In this document: positions 40,101 to 45,989 of the stretch, one piece after another | Numbering within the stretch: the first letter of the stretch is position 1 | Layout of the letters: every line of letters begins with the position of its first letter | NCBI GenBank assembly: GCA_029856365.1 | Contig: JAHQWW010000021.1 | Coordinates: 1-45,989 of the forward strand | DNA: 45,989 nucleotides | Direction of reading: 5' to 3' | Source: Candidatus Hodarchaeota archaeon | GTDB taxonomy: Archaea; Asgardarchaeota; Heimdallarchaeia; Hodarchaeales; Hodarchaeaceae | Notes under the pieces: model-generated | Databases searched by the model: none | The model's input: only the letters and a program-made list of their open reading frames with translations | What the model was told of the DNA's origin: nothing | Program-made: the position numbers and the translations under genes

Positions 40101-40712
40101 TTGATAAAAAAAATCCACATCTATTAAGATATAAAGATATCCGAATAAGTTTCCAAAATTAATATTATCTTTCATTATTCCTCTTATATATACTAAACCA
40201 GACATACCAGGAATTATTTGTGATAAATTAATACTCTGATCAGGGGTTACTCCAAACATATCTGCAAGTGTTTTTGAGATTAATATCCCATTCCGTCTTA
40301 AGCTTAGATTTCCTTCAAGTAATTCAATTTGCCGAAAATCAGGGTGATTAGATTTACAACCATAAATAATAAGGTTTTCATTTATGTCGAAGCCATGACT
40401 TATAAACTGGACTGTTTCATTAGAATAAATATGAGTTATTATAGTACTAGCCTTACTAACTCCAGATATCGATTGTACTGTAGCTGTTACATTTCTCATT
40501 TCTTCAAGAGTTTTGTTATTTTGGATTGAATGAATATTAATATCAGTATAATTATTCCAACGATGATCTGTGATAAAATTTTCATAAAGAGAATCAATAG
40601 AGATAGCAATCCCAGTTTCCAGTGCAACAGATAGAGAGATCCCTAGTATTAATAGAAAACTTCTCCATCTATTTCGTTTCACATTACGGAAAGCTAGGTC
40701 AATATATCTCAT
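37119..40712 (-). CDS. Fusion of a duplicated MacB/FtsX-type ABC permease and a C-terminal OppD/DppD-type ABC ATPase
   Basis: Two repeats of TM + extracytoplasmic domain + FtsX (ERKKEFGILKSVG; EREVGIMRSMG). Then GESGCGKST, LSGGMKQR, IIDEPT, SHD, PLHPYT and GCRFHPRC...C...VKC. Start placed at ATG 40712 (MRYIDLAFRN). Confidence 0.85.
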   Translation of the reverse strand: MRYIDLAFRNVKRNRWRSFLLILGISLSVALETGIAISIDSLYENFITDHRWNNYTDINIHSIQNNKTLEEMRNVTATVQSISGVSKASTIITHIYSNETVQFISHGFDINENLIIYGCKSNHPDFRQIELLEGNLSLRRNGILISKTLADMFGVTPDQSINLSQIIPGMSGLVYIRGIMKDNINFGNLFGYLYILIDVDFFYQKLLEVKWSFHIECVVEVDDLLEIDEIVTNIKGKIGENYLVIRGKIISEISKIGITSYQTAMNIIILASFVVAILFLSNLLTINVNERKKEFGILKSVGTSNFQIVLTLGIEILVYSVLGSFLGTFLGFLFSVIYLTMFNQTVEIVTVSQLVIKPASIGSAFVTGILISLVAGIYPVVLAIILPPVQSIHYQQRNLEYKWKVTWKYTFLTGLMLSVIGFIGTYFIGPSRFLSFEIFSFHFIVVVLILVGALLIQTGLLNFLPKVGKYLFWHSTIAKVISSRNVKREASKSSITILTSAIALSFIIIIGIISNALIEAVPSYYNDQFGGIDIIAECYDGQELPLSIVEELESNRDILEASFIQEQSTIVNSSSERIIVFGIDPIKYETFIDPIIAQRKPNLMTMMNTSEQGVVISDLLLQNLNMDLGKNVSIILKENITVNLVINGIVRGNPFVRQGLYLYLSNVLFDQLFPSEDESVAKWFVMAIEDDTNVNNLTRILMDTYDEFHRTVSIDLYSGLIEGTLRKQAVLFQILFLESFFLVGLAQFVCILISTLKMEREVGIMRSMGISKKEVFSIFLAESTMLEVTAVIIGIIEGIIGSYLMQWYISTSIPIKVNVDPLMIIFWVSISFIITIVSTTIPSYRSSNKSVVAAISGRVIKEPKVEDEDIFLEHLLEVENLRGFYRGSFGVVHGVDNVSLTIKRGEIVGLAGESGCGKSTLAELLTGTPRPLLHYEEGKVLVDKFEIYKIRREVLRIYVKCKLMSYIPQASMESLNPVKKIKDFITDVVKERTGKKGSKEEIYELAENHFERVGLDKSVLNRYPHELSGGMKQRVIIAISTLWNPNLLIIDEPTSALDVTSQKQMIKMLSDLKNDKIIESILFVSHDIATLRQLCSRSIIMYCGEIVEMGLMDDIINDPLHPYTILLISSIVRFNPDGTRSSELRSIPGSHPDLRYPPKGCRFHPRCPEVMTHCKSAEPPMVKLSGKERQVKCWLYK

Positions 40713-40889
40713 TTTAAACACAAGAAATCGTAAATAGATTTCATAGAATGAATTATTAATCCGTTTTTCATTTTGACTTTTATTAAGTACAAATTTACTA
40801 AAAAATCTTTTTTCTTCAATCGAGTTATTATAGGAAAATTTATTCTTTTTAGAATATTTGAACCATAAATTTGATTGAAGCAAAGGATG

Positions 40890-41780
40890 TTAGTAATATC
40901 CAAGTACTCCCTTTTTTCGTGTGCGATATTCAAAGTAGTTAAAGACTAGAATTCCTAAACAAAGCCAAATGAAATTCAGGATTGTTAAATATCCTAGAAT
41001 TTCAAACCAATAGTTACTAAATCCTTGGAGTACTCCTTCTCGGAATCCTTCGACACCCCAAGTAATTGGGGAGATAAATGCCAATGGTCTGAGAAAAACA
41101 GGTAGTACAGCTAAGGGGAAGGATGCTGGGGCTAATAAATTCATAAATCCGTCCATAAAGAGAACAAATTTCCATGCCTGTTTCATGGCAAGAACCAGTC
41201 CAGAAATTATTAAAGAAAATCCTAACAATGAGATTGTGGCAAAAAACAAGATTAGAATCATCGGTAGAATATTTAAAAGGTTTATTTGTAATCCATATAG
41301 AAAGAATACACCTCCAACTTGTAAGATAAAGGCTATCACTGACATAGTTAGTCCAAAAAGTGTATTTCCTAATATTATTGAAAATCGGGAAGTAGGAGTC
41401 ATATAAATGCTAACCAAGGTTCCAGTCCATTCTTCACGTCGAATTCCCATAGCACCCATCCAATAAATCCGCGTTAGTATAGCCATTGACGCTGAGCCGA
41501 AAGTTAAGAATAATATAACATCATTTGTTCCTGCATACTTCGCTAGTATCTCGCTTTCACGACCACCAACTAAAGCTTGGCCATAAATGATAACAGGTAG
41601 TAGGAAAATCAATGGTTCAGACACAAAATAAAGAAAAGTCAATGGATACGATAATCTAATTCTCCAATACTTTATCATCAACTCCCAAGCACAATTTACT
41701 TCAAACCAAAGGCGTGAGAGGCGTTTTTGGTGAAATTGGGGTGATAGGGTTGTATTGAAGGATTTTGTTCTGTTATACAT
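40890..41780 (-). CDS. ABC-2 type exporter permease
   Basis: About 6 TM segments; IRREEWTGTL.SIY.TP and FPLAVLP..L...A..SPITW. Confidence 0.88.
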   Translation of the reverse strand: MYNRTKSFNTTLSPQFHQKRLSRLWFEVNCAWELMIKYWRIRLSYPLTFLYFVSEPLIFLLPVIIYGQALVGGRESEILAKYAGTNDVILFLTFGSASMAILTRIYWMGAMGIRREEWTGTLVSIYMTPTSRFSIILGNTLFGLTMSVIAFILQVGGVFFLYGLQINLLNILPMILILFFATISLLGFSLIISGLVLAMKQAWKFVLFMDGFMNLLAPASFPLAVLPVFLRPLAFISPITWGVEGFREGVLQGFSNYWFEILGYLTILNFIWLCLGILVFNYFEYRTRKKGVLGYY

Positions 41781-41782
41781 GA

Positions 41783-42610
41783 TTAATACACTCCTAACGA
41801 ACCCTTTTTACGAGAATAGGCTTCCATCTTAGTAAAGAAAAGAACCCCAATCACCCATAACAGCACATCAAGGATTAATAAGCCAATCACAAAAACTATT
41901 GGCTCTACTGTGGGGAATAACACTATTTCTGGCATTATTAATTTCCTGATAACAGAAAGTCCTAAAGTAAAGGGAATTACCAAAGAAATTCCCCGAATCC
42001 ACCATGGTAACGCTTGTAAACTATACCGAACTGGTGTGATAAAATGCATCCCAGTTTCAACCATCTCTGTCAAGGTTCCAGGTTCCTTGAAGACAATAAT
42101 AATACCTGCCATTAAAACACCAAAACCATACAAACCAACATTAGTGAGAAACAGTATTCCCACTGACAAAACTACTCCTTGCCATAGTATATTGATTTGA
42201 AGGAATAAGCTAATTATTGTAAATTGAATCAACACATTTATCGATGCCCAGATTGTTTCTGAAATACTTGTTCCAATGAGAATATCTACACGACTTGCGG
42301 ACGTTGTCCATAACACTTCCAATGTTCCTGACTCTTGTTCCCAGCGAATAGCGTTCCCTGCGCCCCATACAGCTGAGGAAACAAACATAAATAGTATTGT
42401 ACCTACAACAAGAAAACTCAGAAAATCTTCGCTCCCAGTAAGTTCTGCAAAGTATTCACTTGAGGTCCCACCAACAAACGCAATACCTTGGAAGATGAGT
42501 GGTGTCACCCACATGACTGGCATTATTGCCCAAAATAACAGGTCAAATTTATAGCGGGACATATGGATAATGTTTTTGTAGATTATTGCCCTGATCGTTG
42601 AGAGTTCCAC
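41783..42610 (-). CDS. ABC-2 type exporter permease
   Basis: About 6 TM segments; IRWEQESGTLEVLWT and Y.L.ALP.W.....P.T. Paralog of the adjacent permease. Confidence 0.88.
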   Translation of the reverse strand: MELSTIRAIIYKNIIHMSRYKFDLLFWAIMPVMWVTPLIFQGIAFVGGTSSEYFAELTGSEDFLSFLVVGTILFMFVSSAVWGAGNAIRWEQESGTLEVLWTTSASRVDILIGTSISETIWASINVLIQFTIISLFLQINILWQGVVLSVGILFLTNVGLYGFGVLMAGIIIVFKEPGTLTEMVETGMHFITPVRYSLQALPWWIRGISLVIPFTLGLSVIRKLIMPEIVLFPTVEPIVFVIGLLILDVLLWVIGVLFFTKMEAYSRKKGSLGVY

Positions 42611-42611
42611 G

Positions 42612-43616
42612 CTAAGAGTCCTCCTTAATATCAGTTAATCCTCGTCCAGTAAGTTTAATGAAAGCATCTTCTAATGTTGGGGTTTCTACATTAATACTCT
42701 TAATGGTAATATTTTTTTCTTTGAGTTTTTCTAGCACAGAGAGCATTATCTGCGAGCTATCGGGTGTATGTATACGAACATAATCATCGTGACGATGTAC
42801 TTCAAGAACCCCAGGAACATCTTCCAAAGATTCATATGAAAAAGAATCAGTAGTTTTTATTTTGATAACTTCCTGTTCTTTAATCTGTAATTTAAGTTCA
42901 TCGGGAGTGGATAAATCGATGATTTTTCCATTGTCAATTAAGGCTACACGATCTGATAATTGATCAGCTTCAGCCATATAATGAGTAGTCAAAAGGATGG
43001 TCTTACCCCCTTCCTTTTGTAGAACATTTTTGATATATAATCTTAAACCACGAGCAAAAGAAGGATCTAAACCCAATGTTGGCTCATCAAAGATTAAAAT
43101 AGGGGCGTTTGATATTAAGGAACGTGCAAAGTTTACTTTCATTTTCATTCCGGTACTGTAATTTTCTACCCGCTCATGAGCTTTGTCTGTGAGTTGCATT
43201 TGATCGAGCAAATGTATTGCTCGATTTTTAGCTTCATTTTTGGTAAGACCATACATTCGTCCGAAAAAAATTAGATTTTCTTGACCTGTCATTTTCCAAT
43301 AAGTACTCCGTTCACCACCACCAATTGTAGCTCCAAAACTAGCACGAGCCTGACGACTTTCTTTAACAACATCAAATCCATTGATTTTTGCAATACCACT
43401 ATCTGGAATAACGATTGTAGTAAGTATTTTCACTAATGTAGTCTTACCAGCACCATTAGGACCAAGTAAGCCAAAGATTTCACCTTCATGAATTCGAAGA
43501 TCCAATCTATCGAGAGCTTGAATTGTTTTCTTTTCACGGTCACGTTTGAAACGTGATCCTCTTGTTTTTACAAATTTCTTACTTATTTTTGAAACATAAA
43601 TTGGAAATTCTTGCAT
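42612..43616 (-). CDS. ABC exporter ATPase (DrrA/NatA-like)
   Basis: GPNGAGKTT, YSTGMK, FDEPTLGLD, LTTHYMAEAD and PTLEDAFI.LTG. Confidence 0.93.
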   Translation of the reverse strand: MQEFPIYVSKISKKFVKTRGSRFKRDREKKTIQALDRLDLRIHEGEIFGLLGPNGAGKTTLVKILTTIVIPDSGIAKINGFDVVKESRQARASFGATIGGGERSTYWKMTGQENLIFFGRMYGLTKNEAKNRAIHLLDQMQLTDKAHERVENYSTGMKMKVNFARSLISNAPILIFDEPTLGLDPSFARGLRLYIKNVLQKEGGKTILLTTHYMAEADQLSDRVALIDNGKIIDLSTPDELKLQIKEQEVIKIKTTDSFSYESLEDVPGVLEVHRHDDYVRIHTPDSSQIMLSVLEKLKEKNITIKSINVETPTLEDAFIKLTGRGLTDIKEDS

Positions 43617-43859
43617 TTAGTAACATCCATTGAAGTACAAGTCTAATCTTATTACCATAATAGCAATTTCATCCAAACTCATTATTCTATGAAATAATTT
43701 TTTAGAGGTTGAAAAATTAAATCAAATCATCGAGCAATAGGTCCCAGTTCCATACACGAAGATTCTACGCTGTAAGCTGATTTCCCAGTGCTCTTTTTTC
43801 GGTGACTGATGAGGCGAAAAACAGACAACTAGTATTTTCAAAATTACAACAGAACCTTT

Positions 43860-43900
43860 TATTGCATGTGTTCCATGTGAATGCCTCAAACAGGTCTAAT
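43860..43900 (-). pseudogene. Possible tyrosine recombinase (Xer/integrase) remnant
   Basis: The minus strand reads IRP and then, after a frameshift, LRHSHGTHAI, resembling the HxLRHSxATH box II. The flanks contain stop codons. Confidence 0.3.
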
Positions 43901-44038
43901 TCATATAAATTTATTTAATTATCTTCGTCCTTTCTGTGTTGATAACAATCAAGTATTAATTGGAATTCGAGCTTAATTATTGAAATATGTGACAGATTTA
44001 CACAACATACCATTTAAAGATCTCTTAAGAGGAATTAA

Positions 44039-45121
44039 ATGCATATGAAAGCTATCCAGTTTGATAGTCCCTTTAACATTAAGATAAAAGAATATAAAAC
44101 TCCAACAATAGGAAAATATAGTCTTTTAGTTAAAGTAGCCTACTGTGGAATTTGTGGGACGGATATACATATCTATGAAGGTAAGGTTCCTTTTGTAACA
44201 TACCCAATCATTCCTGGACACGAATTTTCAGGGACAATAAAAGCTGTAGGTTCAAAAGTTACTCGTTTTTCAATTGGAGAAAAAGTGGCCATCAATCCTA
44301 ATTTCTCTTGCAAAGATTATGGTTATGATCACCACGAATATTGTTACTATTGTAAAAAAAACCGTCCCCATTTCTGTATTAATTGGGAGGCTATTGGAGT
44401 GACAATGAATGGTGGTTTTTCAGAATTTATTGTATGTCCTAATACCTCTGCTTTCAAAGTGCCTAAAGAAGTTTCACTAAAAGAAGCTGCTTTAATGGAA
44501 CCGATTGCTTGTTGTCTTCATGGGCTTCAACAGATAAGAATCAGGCCTGAAAACACTGTATTAGTAATCGGTGCAGGTCCTATTGGCTTGATGATGGTCT
44601 CCTTAATAGAAGCATTCTACAAGTCGAAAATAATTGTAAGTGAACCCCATCCTTCACGAAGAAATTTAGCAATTCAATTTGGAGCAGATATAGCAATTGA
44701 TCCAAATAATGAAGTATTGAAAGATGTAATAAAGAAAGAAACAAATAATTACGGAGTAGATGTATCGATTGAAGCTGTAGGGGGAACAACAACCGCAATT
44801 GAGGCGATAGATTGTTTGAATAGAGGGGGAAAAGCCTTATTATTCGGAGTTTCAATGCCTGAGGATACGATTAATTTAAATCTCTTTGAACTATACAGTA
44901 AAGAACTATCATTATTTGGAAGTTTCACTAATCCTCATGAAAACGATCAAGCTCTTGAAATTCTTAAAAATAAGTTAATAAATGTCTCAGAATTAGTCTC
45001 ACACATATTTCCAATTTGGAAGTTGGAAGAAGGACTAAAATTAATGAAAAACAAGGCTAAAGATGTGAAGAAGATTCTCATACAAATTGAAGACAATCCT
45101 AAGGAGTATTCAGAAGTGTAA
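44039..45121 (+). CDS. Zn-dependent sugar/polyol dehydrogenase (sorbitol/threonine DH-like MDR)
   Basis: CGICGTD, GHEFSG, 4-Cys structural Zn lobe, GGFSEF, EPIAC and GAGPIG. Confidence 0.92.
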   Translation: MHMKAIQFDSPFNIKIKEYKTPTIGKYSLLVKVAYCGICGTDIHIYEGKVPFVTYPIIPGHEFSGTIKAVGSKVTRFSIGEKVAINPNFSCKDYGYDHHEYCYYCKKNRPHFCINWEAIGVTMNGGFSEFIVCPNTSAFKVPKEVSLKEAALMEPIACCLHGLQQIRIRPENTVLVIGAGPIGLMMVSLIEAFYKSKIIVSEPHPSRRNLAIQFGADIAIDPNNEVLKDVIKKETNNYGVDVSIEAVGGTTTAIEAIDCLNRGGKALLFGVSMPEDTINLNLFELYSKELSLFGSFTNPHENDQALEILKNKLINVSELVSHIFPIWKLEEGLKLMKNKAKDVKKILIQIEDNPKEYSEV

Positions 45122-45123
45122 TC

Positions 45124-45648
45124 ATGTCAACGCTACTCACAATCACTATCATTCTTATCTTATTAACCATAATAATCGAGACTGTTTTTCTTATTCTGCA
45201 GCTAAAGGGGAAAAAAATGACTAAATGGTTTGGTGGGCGCGCTTTTTTAATCCACTCAACCGTTACTTTATTTTTTTGGGGATCCAGTTTCTTCCTGATT
45301 TTTTTGTTACAATTCGAAAATCATGCAATCTTCCATAATGATAGCTTAGTTAAATTTATGGGTTTAATCCTAATTTTTACTGGATTAATAATAGCTATAT
45401 GGGGTTTCAAGACCTTAGGTTTGAAGAGATCATTATGCATAAATTTTTATGAGCCACAAATCTCAGTTGTAAAATCCTCATTATACAAGAACATCAAAAA
45501 TCCAGAAGACTATGGTTTATGGATGATGCTTTTTGGCTTTGCATTGTACACTGCGTCAATTTATAACTTGATCATTGCTATTGAATTTATTGTACTTATG
45601 ATTCCACATCAAAGAATTGAAAACATTCCTCTTCAGGTAAATGAATAA
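45124..45648 (+). CDS. PEMT/ICMT-family membrane methyltransferase-like protein
   Basis: 4-5 TM segments; VV.S.LYK.IKNP.DYG and C-terminal ..IE signature. Confidence 0.7.
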   Translation: MSTLLTITIILILLTIIIETVFLILQLKGKKMTKWFGGRAFLIHSTVTLFFWGSSFFLIFLLQFENHAIFHNDSLVKFMGLILIFTGLIIAIWGFKTLGLKRSLCINFYEPQISVVKSSLYKNIKNPEDYGLWMMLFGFALYTASIYNLIIAIEFIVLMIPHQRIENIPLQVNE

Positions 45649-45667
45649 AGAAATCAAATAATGTTCC

Positions 45668-45989
45668 TTAGTCTATGGGGACATCAGGAAAAGCAACAAT
45701 TCGGCACATTGAGGATTCGAGTTCTATTCCTCGAAGAGGGAAACAACCAATCCAAACTCGTTTGTTTTTCAAAAAGGGGTCATTAGGAATCCATAGATTT
45801 TCAGCATGAATCACACCCTTAGGAAATAAATCAATATGCATGATTTGATAAAATTTATCAGGAGGAAACATTTCATCCCACGATTTTACTCCATACTTAT
45901 CTACTAGTTTCTTTTCTGCTTTAATAAACGATTTTGGATGCCAATCACGTATTATCGTGTTCATTGGATGATCAGCGCTACCACAATCG
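45668..45989 (-). CDS. Cyclase/kynurenine formamidase-family protein, 3' part (runs off the window)
   Basis: The frame is open to the window end and reads DCGSADHPMNT...H..LF..G.IHAENL...GCFP......SMCRIVAF. Confidence 0.8.
   Translation of the reverse strand, partial: DCGSADHPMNTIIRDWHPKSFIKAEKKLVDKYGVKSWDEMFPPDKFYQIMHIDLFPKGVIHAENLWIPNDPFLKNKRVWIGCFPLRGIELESSMCRIVAFPDVPID

Noticed and set aside
40713-40883. 57-codon N-terminal extension of the FtsX-ATPase ORF
   Set aside because: It is low-complexity, AT-rich K/N/F sequence. The family-typical start (MRYIDLAFRNV.R...RS.L) is at ATG 40712.
43791-43826. CTGATGAG-GC-GAAA resembling a hammerhead ribozyme core, or a box C/K-loop within a TTTTTCG/CGAAAAA hairpin
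   Set aside because: There is no room for stem II (only GGC between CUGAUGA and GAAA) and no stem I partner. The K-loop geometry is too short and there is no properly placed box D.
333-44855. Numerous 60-120 aa ORFs nested in or antisense to long genes (e.g. 1749-2045, 2753-3091, 14279-14584, 32210-32572, 37363-37641, 41910-42200)
   Set aside because: These are shadow ORFs of well-supported genes with no independent motifs.
1-45989. CRISPR arrays, tRNA/rRNA genes, IS elements, and a shared operator upstream of all GH genes
   Set aside because: No periodic repeats, cloverleaf or rRNA-like GC-rich segments, transposase ORFs or common upstream palindrome were seen by eye. A covariance-model or motif search could still find weak elements.

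Overview
AT-rich, gene-dense 46-kb metabolic/accessory region with about 42 CDS. I found no rRNA, tRNA, CRISPR array or intact mobile element. It is most likely archaeal, based on GGTGA Shine-Dalgarno motifs, a PGF-CTERM-like protein, a crenarchaeal-type SSB OB domain and an ArfB-like gene; an Asgard/Heimdallarchaeia-like host is my inference and is not proven. The dominant theme is a dispersed, apparently cytoplasmic beta-glucan module. It comprises a GH161-type beta-1,3-glucan phosphorylase, a GH94 laminaribiose phosphorylase, two GH5 enzymes, a GH3, a frameshifted GH1, a GHL10-like TIM barrel, a disrupted cellobiose 2-epimerase and a Cof-HAD gene 14 bp upstream of the GH161. Interspersed are redox and detox genes (AKRs, MDRs, LLM, DinB x2, nucleotidyltransferases, APH, MBL, PTE, RidA). 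Two unusual fusions stand out: a double MacB/FtsX permease fused to an OppD/DppD-type importer ATPase, and a GNAT fused to an SSB/RPA OB fold. Features missing from the ORF track are a probable AUU-initiated signal peptide, an SDR pseudogene and a possible tyrosine-recombinase scar. All family assignments come from motif recognition by eye, not database searches.
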